DNA of 64,000 nt from Verrucomicrobiota bacterium (GTDB taxonomy: Bacteria; Verrucomicrobiota; Verrucomicrobiia; Opitutales; Cerasicoccaceae): NCBI GenBank assembly GCA_039818205.1, contig JBCBUK010000006.1, positions 160,001-224,000 on the forward strand, given 5' to 3'. The notes under the pieces are model-generated. The model saw only the letters and a program-made list of their open reading frames with translations. It had not been told where the DNA came from and made no database searches. A program made the translations under genes and the position numbers. This document shows, one piece after another, positions 31,954 through 42,562 of this stretch (its first letter is position 1; each line of letters opens with the position of its first letter).

Positions 31954-33102
31954 ATGGCACAAACGAAAAGCTTGAAGGGGATCACCTGGGACCACATGCG
32001 TGGCTTTACTTCGGTAGTTGGCACAGCGCAGCGGTTTCACGAGTTGAATCCCGACATCGATATTCACTGGCAGAAGCGCTCCTTACAGGAGTTTGCGGAC
32101 AAGCCGTTAAAGCAGCTTGCGGAAGAGTATGATCTGTTAGTGATCGACCATCCGTGGGCTGGCTTCGCGGCCGCGAACGGCATTCTAGCGAATCTAACTG
32201 ATCTGCTTTCTTCAGAGTTCCTGGCTGATCAAACGGCCAACTCGGTTGGGCAGTCTCACCCGAGTTACAACTTTGATGGCAAGCAGTGGGGATTGGCGAT
32301 CGACGCAGCCTGCCCGGTTTCAGCCTACCGCCCCGATATCCTTGCGGAAAACGGTGCTGAAGTTCCAAAGACCTTTGACGAATTGATGGCGCTTGCGGAG
32401 AAAGGCCTTGTTTGCTGTCCAAGCATTGCGCTGGATTGCTACGGGAATTTTCTGAACCTGTTGATGGCTGCCGGCGAGACGATTTTCCCGAATGAGGAAG
32501 AGGTCGCCGACCGCGCTGTAGCGATTACTGCTTTGGAGCGCCTCAAGGCTTTCTCGGACCTAATTGAAGATCGCTTCTTCGAGTTGAACCCGATCCGGAC
32601 AATGGAAGTGATGTCGCAGGAAGATAAGTTTGCTTACGCGCCTTACACCTATGGCTACACGAATTACTCCCGCAAGGGTTACGCTCCACGGCTATTGCAC
32701 TTCGGTGATGTCATAGGCATCGAGGCTGACAAACCCGGAGCGACTATGTTGGGCGGAGCAGGCCTTGCGATATCAGCGCAGTGCAAACACCTCGATGTTG
32801 CCAAGGCGTACGCTGAGTTTACCGGGTCAGCCCCGATTCAAAACGGTATCTACTTTGAAGTGGGCGGCCAACCGGGGCACCGCAGTGCTTGGCTCAATGA
32901 GGATTTGAACCGCCAAACCGCGGATTTCTTTACCCGCACCTTACCGACGCTGGACCGAGCGTTCGTGCGCCCACGCTACGCTGGCTACTTGGATTTCCAG
33001 GATACCGCCTGCTTACACATCCATGACTACCTCCGCAAGGGTGGCGACGTTGAGTCCACCTTGGATACCGTAAACAAAATCTACCGCGAAACCCGACAAT
33101 GA
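31954..33102 (+). CDS. Solute-binding-protein fold protein without signal peptide
   Basis: [34 protein letters not shown] sugar-SBP-like pattern; no hydrophobic leader and an in-frame TAA 18 nt upstream. Confidence 0.82.
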   Translation: MAQTKSLKGITWDHMRGFTSVVGTAQRFHELNPDIDIHWQKRSLQEFADKPLKQLAEEYDLLVIDHPWAGFAAANGILANLTDLLSSEFLADQTANSVGQSHPSYNFDGKQWGLAIDAACPVSAYRPDILAENGAEVPKTFDELMALAEKGLVCCPSIALDCYGNFLNLLMAAGETIFPNEEEVADRAVAITALERLKAFSDLIEDRFFELNPIRTMEVMSQEDKFAYAPYTYGYTNYSRKGYAPRLLHFGDVIGIEADKPGATMLGGAGLAISAQCKHLDVAKAYAEFTGSAPIQNGIYFEVGGQPGHRSAWLNEDLNRQTADFFTRTLPTLDRAFVRPRYAGYLDFQDTACLHIHDYLRKGGDVESTLDTVNKIYRETRQ

Positions 33103-34232
33103 GCTTACCCCTAGAAGGAATTACGGTACTGGAATTTAGCCAGTACCTGGCCGGCCCTTATGCCGGACTGCGCCTTGCGGACCTTGGCGCACGCGTGATC
33201 AAGGTTGAACGCCCTGGCGTTGGTGATGCTTGCCGCAAGCTTGCGACAAAAAATCTCTATGTCGACGGCGACAGTTTGGTTTTCCACACGATTAACCGAA
33301 ACAAGGAATCCTTTGCAGCCAACTTGAAGGACCCGGCAGACGTGGAAAAGGTGAAGCAATTGATCGCTACGGCAGACGTAATGACCCATAATTTCCGTCC
33401 CGGCGTGATGGATAAAATCGGCCTCGACTACGATAAGGTCAAGGCGATCAACTCATCGATTGTTTATGGAACAGTCACGGGCTACGGAAAGGTAGGCCCA
33501 TGGAAGGACAAACCGGGGCAGGACTTGTTGGCGCAATCGATGTCGGGGTTGACCTGGCTTTCAGGCAAGGCGGATGGTCTCCCGGTTCCTTTCGGCGTGG
33601 CGACCGCGGACATGCTCTGTGGAACTCACCTCGCTCAAGGCATTATGGCAGCATTGGTTCAGCGGGGACGAACCGGTGAGGGAACCACTGTTGAGGTGAG
33701 TTTGCTTGAGTCGATGATCGATTTTCAGTTCGAAGTCTTAACGACGCACTTGAGCGATGGTGGCCGCTTGCCAATGCGGGCCAAGGTAAGCAATGCACAT
33801 GCGTATCTTGGAGCTCCTTACGGCATTTACAAAACCTCGGATGGCCATATTGCCATTGCCATGGGATCTTTAAAGACCTTGTCCGAACTGATTGGTTGCG
33901 GACCTCTCGAAGGTGATTCCTTTGGCGAGCGCGATGCCATTCAGGCTCAGTTAGCAGACCACTTGGCGACTCAGTCTACCCAACATTGGTTAGATATTCT
34001 GGAGCCTGCCGACTACTGGTGTGCAGACGTGTTCTCTTACGCAAAGCTGATGGCGCACACGGGTTATCAGGTGCTCCAGATGGAACAGGAAGTGACGCGT
34101 CCGAACGGCACGAGCGTGAAAACCTTGCGTTGTCCAATTCGTATTGACGGCGAGCGCATCTTTTCCGATCGCGCCTCGCCAGTACTCGGAGAAGCCAATG
34201 GACGTTTAGAACAGGAGGTATTCAATGGGTAA
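33099..34232 (+). CDS. CoA-transferase family III (CaiB/BaiF), copy 1
   Basis: LAGP...[27 protein letters not shown] catalytic Asp; ATGA overlap with upstream gene. Confidence 0.95.
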   Translation: MSLPLEGITVLEFSQYLAGPYAGLRLADLGARVIKVERPGVGDACRKLATKNLYVDGDSLVFHTINRNKESFAANLKDPADVEKVKQLIATADVMTHNFRPGVMDKIGLDYDKVKAINSSIVYGTVTGYGKVGPWKDKPGQDLLAQSMSGLTWLSGKADGLPVPFGVATADMLCGTHLAQGIMAALVQRGRTGEGTTVEVSLLESMIDFQFEVLTTHLSDGGRLPMRAKVSNAHAYLGAPYGIYKTSDGHIAIAMGSLKTLSELIGCGPLEGDSFGERDAIQAQLADHLATQSTQHWLDILEPADYWCADVFSYAKLMAHTGYQVLQMEQEVTRPNGTSVKTLRCPIRIDGERIFSDRASPVLGEANGRLEQEVFNG

Positions 34233-35379
34233 GCTATCACTACCACTCGAGGGGATTACGGTTCTCGATTTCAGTCAGTTCTTATCGGGGCCTTCTGCCA
34301 GTCTGCGTTTGGCCGACATGGGTGCGAGAGTGATCAAGGTCGAGCGCCCAGAAACCGGTGATATCTGCCGCCAGCTGTACATCTCGAATACCGAGGTCGA
34401 TGGTGAGTCGACGGTGTTTCATGCGATTAATCGCAACAAGGAGAGCTACTGCGCCAATCTCAAAAACGAATTTGATTGCGAGAAAGTACGCCAGCTTATC
34501 GCTAAGGTGGATGTTGTGATGCACAACTTTCGCCCGGATGTGATGACCCGTTTGGGCTTTGATTATGAGTCGGTGAAAGCAATTAATCCTAGCGTTGTTT
34601 ACGGTGTCATCTCCGGCTATGGAGAGGAGGGGCCGTGGAAGGGGAAGCCTGGGCAAGACTTGCTCGTGCAGTCACTCAGTGGCTTGACGTGGTTGAGCGG
34701 CAATGCGGGTGATGGACCCGTTCCGATGGGGTTGGCGATGGTGGATATTTTCGCCGGTGCCCACCTTGCACAAGGTATCCTTGCCGCCCTCGTTCGGCGG
34801 GGAGTTTCCGGCCAGGGTTCGCTGGTCGAGGTCAGTATGCTGGAGTCGATCCTCGATTTCCAGTTCGAGCCGTTCACCGTTTATTTTCAAGATGGGGGTG
34901 AAGAGCCGGAGCGCACCGCAAGCAATAGTGCCCACGCTTTGCTTGGCGCTCCCTACGGTGTTTATCAAACCACGGACGGTTATCTGTCTCTGGCAATGGG
35001 GTCGATTACGCAACTGGGTGAATTGCTTTCGTGCCCGGCACTCCTCGAGTTCCCGGATCCAGCGAGTTGGTTTACGCAACGAGATGAGATCAAGCAGATC
35101 CTGGCAGATCACCTGGTGACGGGGTCCACGCAGCAATGGTTGGATATCCTTGAAGCCGCCGACATCTGGTGCGCCAAGATCTTGGACTGGCATGAGCTCT
35201 TTGAGCATGAGGGCTTCAAGGTGCTTGATATGCTTCAGCACGTGACCCGTGGTAGCGGTGCCTCTTACGGAACCACGCGCATACCGATCAAATTCGGTGG
35301 CATTCGAGAGAAATCTGCGCTTGGCTCGCCCAAGGTTGGTGAGCATACTGACCAAATTGAACAAGAATTTCTGTCGTGA
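34225..35379 (+). CDS. CoA-transferase family III (CaiB/BaiF), copy 2
   Basis: LSGP...[26 protein letters not shown] catalytic Asp; 8-nt overlap with copy 1. Confidence 0.95.
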   Translation: MGKLSLPLEGITVLDFSQFLSGPSASLRLADMGARVIKVERPETGDICRQLYISNTEVDGESTVFHAINRNKESYCANLKNEFDCEKVRQLIAKVDVVMHNFRPDVMTRLGFDYESVKAINPSVVYGVISGYGEEGPWKGKPGQDLLVQSLSGLTWLSGNAGDGPVPMGLAMVDIFAGAHLAQGILAALVRRGVSGQGSLVEVSMLESILDFQFEPFTVYFQDGGEEPERTASNSAHALLGAPYGVYQTTDGYLSLAMGSITQLGELLSCPALLEFPDPASWFTQRDEIKQILADHLVTGSTQQWLDILEAADIWCAKILDWHELFEHEGFKVLDMLQHVTRGSGASYGTTRIPIKFGGIREKSALGSPKVGEHTDQIEQEFLS

Positions 35380-36170
35380 CTGAATTGAGATCAGAGGTGT
35401 TGGTTGGCTTTTCCAGTGGTGGAAATGTTGGACATATTGTGTTTAATCGCCCGCCGGCCAACGCGTATGATCTTACCTTTCACGAGCAGTTCAACGAGGC
35501 GATTGATGCTGCTGAGCTGAGTGATGCCCGTGCAATCATCTTGGTGAGCGCTTTGGAGCGTTTCTTCTGCGCCGGGGCGGATATCAAGGCATTTGCCAGT
35601 AACAGCACCGCGGACAACAAGGCGATGGTCGCTTCGGCACAGCAAGCATTATCAAAGATTGAAGGAAGTCCCAAAGCCTACATAGCTTGCATTGCTGGAC
35701 ATTGCCTTGGCGGTGGCCTGGAAATCGCGATGGCCTGCGACATCCGCTTTGGGTCCGAAGGCGCTTACAAGCTGGGCTTGCCCGAAGCGCGTTTGGGATT
35801 GCTGCCGGGCAATGGTGGCTCTCAACGTTTGCCACGTCTGGTGGGTCCCAGCCAGGCCTTTGTGATGCTCGCCAGTGGAGAAAGCATCGGGCCTGAGGAA
35901 GCGCTGCGCATTGGCCTGTTGAACCAAGTTTTTCCGGAAAAAGGCGCGATGTTGCAGCACGCAGAATCGTTGGCGAACTCGATCGCACACTCGGCACCAC
36001 TCGCGGTGGCTGCATCCAAACGCGCGGTGAACGACGGCTTGGCGTTGCCGCTTAAGGAGGCACTGCGCCTAGAAGCCGAGCTACTGGAAAGTCTTTATGA
36101 AACTGATGACGCCAAAGAAGGCTTCAACGCCTTCGTTGAGAAGCGTCAGCCTAGATACCATGGCAAGTAA
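35376..36170 (+). CDS. Enoyl-CoA hydratase/isomerase (crotonase)
   Basis: FCAGADI, GGGLE and [10 protein letters not shown] (both catalytic Glu), [14 protein letters not shown] overlap. Confidence 0.93.
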   Translation: MTELRSEVLVGFSSGGNVGHIVFNRPPANAYDLTFHEQFNEAIDAAELSDARAIILVSALERFFCAGADIKAFASNSTADNKAMVASAQQALSKIEGSPKAYIACIAGHCLGGGLEIAMACDIRFGSEGAYKLGLPEARLGLLPGNGGSQRLPRLVGPSQAFVMLASGESIGPEEALRIGLLNQVFPEKGAMLQHAESLANSIAHSAPLAVAASKRAVNDGLALPLKEALRLEAELLESLYETDDAKEGFNAFVEKRQPRYHGK

Positions 36171-36198
36171 CCGACTATCACCCAACAACCGATCCATT

Positions 36199-37659
36199 AT
36201 GAGTACCTCATCCTCTATCGACATCCAGTCTTACAGTTGTTACATTAACGGCAAGTTTACTGACTCGGCCAACGGAGCAATTATTGAAGTTGAAAATCCT
36301 GCCAACGGACAGGTCTTTGCCACTGTCCCCGCTTGCACCACTGATCAGGCGATGGAGGCATTGGATGCCGCTGAGAAAGCACAACCAGCGTGGCAGGCAA
36401 TGCCGCCCGCCGAGCGTGCTGGCCATCTTTATAAGCTCGCCGATGGCTTGACGGAGCAGCGTGAGCATTTTGCAAAACTCTTGGTGTTGGAACAAGGAAA
36501 GCCCTTCGCCCAGGCTCTCGGTGAGGTGGACGATACGATTCGCTACATCACTTACTCGGCCGAAGCAGGGCGTCGAATTTGCGGTGAGATCCTCCCGTCC
36601 GATTCGCCGAACGAACAGCTTTACATTTATCGAGTTCCCCATGGCGTCACGGTCGGGCTTTGTGCTTTCAACTATCCTTTGGCGTTGATCGGTCGCAAGA
36701 TTGGTCCTGCTTTGATCACGGGGAATACCATGGTGGTGAAGCCGCACGATGTCACTCCAGTGACTGGATGTGAGTTTGCGAAGTTGATTGAGGCTTCCGG
36801 TATGCCGGCCGGTGTTCTTTCGGTGATCACGGGATCGACCGCCGAAGTTGGGGGACCGCTCGTCGAAGACCCACGCACCCGGTTGATCACGATGACTGGT
36901 AGTATCCGCGCGGGGCAGGCCATTTATGCAGCGGCGGCGAAGAACATGACCGTGCTGTCCCTGGAGCTTGGCGGTAAGGCCCCCTATATCGTGCTTGAGG
37001 ATGCCGATGTTGATGCCGCCGTTGAGGCTGCCGTGATTGCCCGTTACGCGAATTGCGGCCAGGTTTGTATATGCAATGAGTCAGTCATGGTGCACGAAAA
37101 GATTGCCCAGGAGTTTACCGATAAGTTGATGCAGCGGGTGGCCGAGCTTCCAGTGGGTGATCCAATGAAAGATATTGGCATGGGACCCAGCACCAGCACG
37201 CCTGGGTTGGAGCGCGTCTTTGACATTGTGGAGAAGACAGTCGCCGAAGGAGCTGAGCTAGCGATCGGTGGTAAGCGGCCGGAAGGCGCTGAATTTGAAC
37301 GTGGGAATTGGATTGAGCCGACGGTTCTGCTCAATGCCAAACCGGATATGACGGCTCTCCGGGAAGAGATCTTTGGTCCGGTATTGCCAGTGGTAACGAT
37401 TTCCAGCTACGAGGAGGCGCTGTCGATCAGCAATGCCCGTAATGATGGCCTCTCTGCTTACCTGTGGACGAAGGACCACTCCCGCGTTATGCACGCGATC
37501 AACAATCTGCAGACTGGGACGATCTTCGTAAACAAGGGCATCTGTGGCTACATTCAAGGTTACCATAACGGACACAAGCTTAGTGGTCTTGGCGGCGAAG
37601 ATGGCACGCATGGACTCGAGGGTTACCTGCAAAAGCGGACGGTCTACATGACCTGGTAA
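36199..37659 (+). CDS. NAD(P)-dependent aldehyde dehydrogenase, AldA/AHG-dehydrogenase-like paralog
   Basis: [34 protein letters not shown] and QGYHNG.K.SG.GGEDG shared with the 43680-45140 ALDH. Confidence 0.93.
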   Translation: MSTSSSIDIQSYSCYINGKFTDSANGAIIEVENPANGQVFATVPACTTDQAMEALDAAEKAQPAWQAMPPAERAGHLYKLADGLTEQREHFAKLLVLEQGKPFAQALGEVDDTIRYITYSAEAGRRICGEILPSDSPNEQLYIYRVPHGVTVGLCAFNYPLALIGRKIGPALITGNTMVVKPHDVTPVTGCEFAKLIEASGMPAGVLSVITGSTAEVGGPLVEDPRTRLITMTGSIRAGQAIYAAAAKNMTVLSLELGGKAPYIVLEDADVDAAVEAAVIARYANCGQVCICNESVMVHEKIAQEFTDKLMQRVAELPVGDPMKDIGMGPSTSTPGLERVFDIVEKTVAEGAELAIGGKRPEGAEFERGNWIEPTVLLNAKPDMTALREEIFGPVLPVVTISSYEEALSISNARNDGLSAYLWTKDHSRVMHAINNLQTGTIFVNKGICGYIQGYHNGHKLSGLGGEDGTHGLEGYLQKRTVYMTW

Positions 37660-37699
37660 GCCTTGTCTTATCCACAGGATCCATTCTACTGGCGGGACC

Positions 37700-38548
37700 A
37701 TGTCTATTCCAATTATTGATACTCATCAGCACTTAGTTTACGGTGATCGTTGGCCATACTCGTGGACTGCCGATATCCCGGCGCTTGCCAACCGTAACTT
37801 TCATTACAGCGATTACCTTGCCGAGATTGAAGGCACAGGCATTGCCGGCACGGCTTTCATGGAGACCTCGCCCGACGACCCGCATTGGTTGGACGAGACC
37901 AAGTTTGTGGATTCACTGAGCCAGGAACCTGGTTCACTGATTCGTGGACTGCTCGCCAACTGTCGCCCAGAAGACGATGGTTTCGAGGCCTACCTCGATT
38001 CGATCGCAGAGTATGGCGTTCGCGGATTGCGACGTATCTTGCACGTTGCGCCCGAAGGCACCGCTGAGTCCCCGCACTTTATCCCAAATTTGAAGCTCTT
38101 GGCTTCACGTGGTTGGACCTTTGACCTTTGTTTGTTTGAGAAGCAGCTACCCACCGGTGAACGTCTGGCGTCGGCTTGCCCCGAGGTTCAATTTGTCTTG
38201 GATCATTGTGGTGTGCCGGACATTCAGGGCGGCGATTTCAAGGCCTGGTCTGAGCGCATTGAGAGTATCGCCAAGGTGGACAACATCGCCTGTAAGATCT
38301 CGGGCATCATGGCCTATTGCCCAGAAAATGAAGTCACCGCTGATAAGGTGCGTCCCTACGTTGAGCACTGCATCGAATCCTTCGGCTGGGATCGTGTTGT
38401 CTGGGGCAGTGACTGGCCCGTGTTGACCATTACCTCGAACATTCGCAACTGGGTCGCTGCCACCCGCGAAATCATTTCGGGTGAGAGTGAGGACAACCAA
38501 GCCAAGCTCCTCCACCGGAACGCCGAGCGCATTTACCGACTCCAATAA
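37700..38548 (+). CDS. Amidohydrolase-family sugar lactonase (COG3618-like)
   Basis: IDTHQH, GLRRILH, LDHCG, WGSDWP. Confidence 0.88.
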   Translation: MSIPIIDTHQHLVYGDRWPYSWTADIPALANRNFHYSDYLAEIEGTGIAGTAFMETSPDDPHWLDETKFVDSLSQEPGSLIRGLLANCRPEDDGFEAYLDSIAEYGVRGLRRILHVAPEGTAESPHFIPNLKLLASRGWTFDLCLFEKQLPTGERLASACPEVQFVLDHCGVPDIQGGDFKAWSERIESIAKVDNIACKISGIMAYCPENEVTADKVRPYVEHCIESFGWDRVVWGSDWPVLTITSNIRNWVAATREIISGESEDNQAKLLHRNAERIYRLQ

Positions 38549-38575
38549 GAAGCTAATCGCAACCGAGAAACCCTA

Positions 38576-39643
38576 ATGATCGACTATCATCCCCAGCTCC
38601 CTCAAGAGAAGCGTCCCATCTATATTATTGGTGCGGGCGGCATCGTGAAAGACGCCCATTTACCTGCCTATCGCAAAGCCGGTTTTGAGGTGGCGGGTAT
38701 TACGAACCGAACCCGCGCGCGTGCCGATGGTTTGGCTGAGCAATTCGGAATCCCGAACGTTTTTGATAGCATTGAGGAGCTAATTGCTGCTGCGCCCGAA
38801 AATGCTATTTTCGATTTGACGCTCATGCCAGCACAGTTCGTCCCAACCTTGGAGCTGTTGCCGGATGGAGCCGCCGTATTGATTCAAAAGCCAATGGGTG
38901 ATTCGCTGCCCGAGGCTTTGGAGATTCTGGAGGTGTGCCGCCGCAAGAAGCTCGTGGCCGCCATCAATTGCCAATTGCGGTTTGCGCCATTCGTCATTGC
39001 AGCGCGCAATCTCGTGCAAAGTGGCGCGATCGGTGAGCTCTATGATATGGAGATTCGCGTATCGGTGCAGACGCCGTGGGATCTGTTTCCAAACGTAAAA
39101 TTTCATCCGCGTCTAGAGATTGCTCAGCACTCGGTGCACCACATCGACTTAGTACGCTCCTTCCTCGGTAACCCCCAATCGGTGATGGCCAAGACCGTGG
39201 CCCATCCCGCGAAACCGATGTCTTCCACGCGGACGGGCATGATCCTGGACTACGGAAACAAGTGCCGCGCAGTGCTCAGCGTGAATCACGACCATGATTT
39301 CGGGGCTGATAACCAGGAGAGCTTCATCAAGTGGGAAGGAACCAAGGGGGCGATCAAGGCCCGTATGGGGCTGTTGATGAACTACCCTGACGGAGCACCG
39401 GACAAGTTTGAGTATTGTTTGGTCAAGGAAGGTGAGAAGCCCGCATGGATCGAGCAGAAGCTGGAAGGTTCGTGGTTTCCGGAGGCTTTTATTGGCTCGA
39501 TGTCGAGCTTGATGTGTTTCGTTGAAGGCTTGGTAGATGAGATGCCAACGAGTGTCGAAAACGTGGTCAACACCATGGCGGTGGTTGAAGCCGCCTATGT
39601 CTCAAACGAGGCCGGGGGCATTGTGCCCGATTATCAAAGTTAG
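38576..39643 (+). CDS. Cytoplasmic Gfo/Idh/MocA oxidoreductase
   Basis: IIGAGGIV..AHLPAY, IQKP, HSVHHID. Confidence 0.9.
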   Translation: MIDYHPQLPQEKRPIYIIGAGGIVKDAHLPAYRKAGFEVAGITNRTRARADGLAEQFGIPNVFDSIEELIAAAPENAIFDLTLMPAQFVPTLELLPDGAAVLIQKPMGDSLPEALEILEVCRRKKLVAAINCQLRFAPFVIAARNLVQSGAIGELYDMEIRVSVQTPWDLFPNVKFHPRLEIAQHSVHHIDLVRSFLGNPQSVMAKTVAHPAKPMSSTRTGMILDYGNKCRAVLSVNHDHDFGADNQESFIKWEGTKGAIKARMGLLMNYPDGAPDKFEYCLVKEGEKPAWIEQKLEGSWFPEAFIGSMSSLMCFVEGLVDEMPTSVENVVNTMAVVEAAYVSNEAGGIVPDYQS

Positions 39644-39660
39644 TTCCAAATCAATTTATA

Positions 39661-40677
39661 ATGAAAGCAGTCTATTACAACGGTAACGCGGATTTCTCCG
39701 TCGGTGAATGCAAGCCAGTTTCACCGGCTGCCGGCGAAATTCGATTAGAAGTTTCTTATTGCGGTGTCTGCGGCACCGATATCCACATTGCGCATGGCGC
39801 CATGGATGCACGGGTGCCATCACCCATGGTCATTGGGCACGAAATGTCTGGCACCATTGCGGAGATAGGCGATGGGGTTGACGGGTTTGCTGTCGGCGAA
39901 AAAGTGGTCGTGCGCCCGCTTGACAATCGTGGCGAGACCGCTGCTGACCGCGGCTATAGTCACATTTGCCAAGACCTAAAGTTTATTGGCATCGATGCGC
40001 CAGGAGCATTTCAAAGCTCGTGGACAGTTCCTGCTTTTACGGTACACAAGGTACCCGCCGCCGTTGACCTAAAGCTGGCTGCGTTGGTGGAGCCATTGGC
40101 GGTTGCATGTCACGATGTTCGATTGGGCAAAGTTCAGAAGGATGAGCTTGCGTTCGTACTTGGTGGTGGACCGATTGGCATGCTTGTCGCCATGGTGGCC
40201 AAGCATGCGGGAGCACGTGTCGTCGTTTCTGAGATTAGTCCTTTCCGTTTGGATTTTGCCCGCTCGCTTGGGATGGAAGCTGTGAATCCGATGGAGACTG
40301 ATTTACCGACTTGGGCCCGAGAGCAAAGTGGTGGTAGCGGTGCGGATATCGTGTTTGAAGTATCGGGCGCCAAAGCTGCGGCTGCCTCGATGACCGATCT
40401 TCTCGCAATTCGTGGTCGGATTGTGGTGGTTGCGATCTACCCGAAGCCTGTTGAGATTAATCTGTTCCAGTTTTTCTGGAAGGAACTACGAATGAGCGGT
40501 GCCCGCGTTTATGAGCCAGAAGATTATGAGAAGGCGATTGAACTGATCGCTAGTGGAGAGTTGCCGCTGGACAAGATGATCTCCCAAGTCGAGCCATTGG
40601 AGAAGCTGCCTCAAGTCTTCAAGGACCTGGATAGCAATCCAGAGGCGATGAAGATTTTGATCGACTGCCAATCTTAA
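39661..40677 (+). CDS. Zn-dependent dehydrogenase, putative 2-keto-3-deoxy-L-galactonate 5-dehydrogenase
   Basis: CGTD.H, GHE, VVVRPLD, GGGPIG, GARVYE; directly upstream of a KduD-like reductase in an AHG locus. Confidence 0.8.
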   Translation: MKAVYYNGNADFSVGECKPVSPAAGEIRLEVSYCGVCGTDIHIAHGAMDARVPSPMVIGHEMSGTIAEIGDGVDGFAVGEKVVVRPLDNRGETAADRGYSHICQDLKFIGIDAPGAFQSSWTVPAFTVHKVPAAVDLKLAALVEPLAVACHDVRLGKVQKDELAFVLGGGPIGMLVAMVAKHAGARVVVSEISPFRLDFARSLGMEAVNPMETDLPTWAREQSGGSGADIVFEVSGAKAAAASMTDLLAIRGRIVVVAIYPKPVEINLFQFFWKELRMSGARVYEPEDYEKAIELIASGELPLDKMISQVEPLEKLPQVFKDLDSNPEAMKILIDCQS

Positions 40678-40695
40678 TCTAAAACACGAAATAAC

Positions 40696-41466
40696 ATGAG
40701 TATTCTAAACCAATTTGATCTCTCTGGAAAAGTTGCCCTCGTTACGGGTTGTAAGCGCGGCATTGGTAAAGCGATGGCGATTGCCCTGGCGGAAGCCGGA
40801 GCCGATGTTATCGGCGTAAGCGCTAGCTTGGAAACCAGTGGTAGCGCCGTTGAGCAGGCAGTCACTGCCTTGGGGCGTAAGTTTACGGCTTACCAATGCG
40901 ACTTTAGTGACCGTGAGTCACTGTATAAGTTCATTGAGCAGGCCAAGTCCGACAACCCGGTGATCGATATCCTCGTAAACAATGCTGGCACAATCCTCCG
41001 GAAGCCTGCTGCTGAGCACGGCGACGATCTCTGGGACAAGGTCATTGAGGTGAACCTGAACGCCCAGTTTATTTTGACGCGTGAGATTGGCAAGGAGATG
41101 GTTACGCGTGGATCCGGTAAGGTGATCTTCACCGCATCGCTCTTGACCTTTCAGGGTGGCATCACGGTTCCTGGCTACGCCGCGAGTAAGGGCGCCGTTG
41201 GTCAGTTGACCATGGCATTTGCTAATGAATGGGCTGGCAAGGGGGTGAACGTTAATGCGATCGCTCCAGGCTATATCGATACCGATAACACCGAGGCATT
41301 GCGAAACGATCCCGTCCGCAGCGAACAAATCCTGGCTCGAATCCCAGCTGGTCGTTGGGGTAAGCCCGAGGACTTTATGGGGCCGACCGTGTTTCTGGCG
41401 TCACCCGCAGCCGATTACATGAGCGGGCACGTGATGCTTGTCGATGGTGGCTGGATGGGCCGCTAG
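40696..41466 (+). CDS. kduD: KduD-like SDR (2,5-diketo-3-deoxy-hexonate reductase)
   Basis: TGCKRGIG, NNAG, ASLLTFQGGITVPGYAASK, DGGWMGR. Confidence 0.9.
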   Translation: MSILNQFDLSGKVALVTGCKRGIGKAMAIALAEAGADVIGVSASLETSGSAVEQAVTALGRKFTAYQCDFSDRESLYKFIEQAKSDNPVIDILVNNAGTILRKPAAEHGDDLWDKVIEVNLNAQFILTREIGKEMVTRGSGKVIFTASLLTFQGGITVPGYAASKGAVGQLTMAFANEWAGKGVNVNAIAPGYIDTDNTEALRNDPVRSEQILARIPAGRWGKPEDFMGPTVFLASPAADYMSGHVMLVDGGWMGR

Positions 41467-41486
41467 AAGATGGAAACAGCTTTGAT

Positions 41487-41516
41487 AAAGGGCGTGTCGG
41501 TTGGCACGCCCTTTTT
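41487..41516. terminator. Bidirectional Rho-independent terminator
   Basis: AAAGGGCGTGTC-GGTT-GGCACGCCCTTTTT between convergent kduD and GH16. Confidence 0.9.
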
Positions 41517-41525
41517 GTTGATGAT

Positions 41526-42407
41526 TTATTGGCTACCGAGCGAGTTGGAGTCGACGGGCTTGTAGGCGCGTATCCAGTCGATACGCATCGCATTCTTCTC
41601 GGGATCGAGGAGTTCTGCCTCAGTAGGGATGTTGCCCTCATTGACGCGATAGTCTTTGTTCTCAGTGACGATGACGAGGGTCATGATACCGTTCAAACCA
41701 GTGCCATCAGTCAATCCCCTGGGGTCGATCATACTCTCGCCGGATGCGGTTTCGATGAGTTCGCCATTTACATAGTACTCAATGGTCCACGGGTCCCGCC
41801 AGAAAATGCCCACGCGGTTGTAGCTATCGGACCATTTTCCGCCGTCGGGATGAAGGTGCCATGTGTTTGGGCCTTCCGGTTGGAAGAAGCCGCCCGGGCT
41901 ATTTAAACCGTGGGCCAAATGAAGTCGTGTTGCATTCCATGATTCACCGCGGCGATCGCTGCCGATGGCTTCGTAGATTTTTACTTCCTTGTGCTTCCTC
42001 TCATTTAGTAGTTTCACCGATGAGACGTTGGGGAGGCGGTTATTTTTAACCATGATCTCGAAGAAAACCGGGTACTCGAATTGCTCTTTCGAGTAAATTC
42101 CTCCGGCGTAGATTTTGGTGGCGACAGGCCCAGGGCTTGAAAGGAGCTTTAGTTTCCCGCGATGTGTGGAGACATTATCATCGGCTGCTATCGTTCCCCC
42201 CGTTTGTTGCAGAAGGCCGTGCTTCCACCGCCGATGGAATTCGGCGGAATCGGTTTCGTAGTTGAAGTCGTCGGAGATGGGTAGGAGTTGCCACTCCATT
42301 CCAGGTCCGGGATCAGTCGGAACTGGGTAGGAATCCCAGTCGTTGGCCAAGGTGGATTTGGCGAGCAGAAGCGCGGTAGCGAGTACGAGGAGGCCGGAGC
42401 AATTCAT
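41526..42407 (-). CDS. Exported GH16 beta-agarase-like protein with atypical catalytic motif
   Basis: DWDSYPVP..PG.GMEWQL..SDDFNY, GIFWRDPW.IEYYVNG, DWIRAYKP are agarase-like; motif is EVKIYE rather than ExDxxE. Confidence 0.85.
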   Translation of the reverse strand: MNCSGLLVLATALLLAKSTLANDWDSYPVPTDPGPGMEWQLLPISDDFNYETDSAEFHRRWKHGLLQQTGGTIAADDNVSTHRGKLKLLSSPGPVATKIYAGGIYSKEQFEYPVFFEIMVKNNRLPNVSSVKLLNERKHKEVKIYEAIGSDRRGESWNATRLHLAHGLNSPGGFFQPEGPNTWHLHPDGGKWSDSYNRVGIFWRDPWTIEYYVNGELIETASGESMIDPRGLTDGTGLNGIMTLVIVTENKDYRVNEGNIPTEAELLDPEKNAMRIDWIRAYKPVDSNSLGSQ

Positions 42408-42562
42408 AATAGATCGGTGATTATCGAATTTTGCTCTTGGGATGTATCAAACCAGGGGAATTGTTCTATCGACCCATTTCGGTTACGCTTAAGTACAACG
42501 GGAACCCTTGAGCAACGTTCTATCACTTGCTCCACAATTGAAAAGCCTGGCTGTCGCGTCTG

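Noticed and set aside
34672..35364. 230 aa minus-strand ORF
   Set aside because: Antisense shadow of CoA-transferase 2
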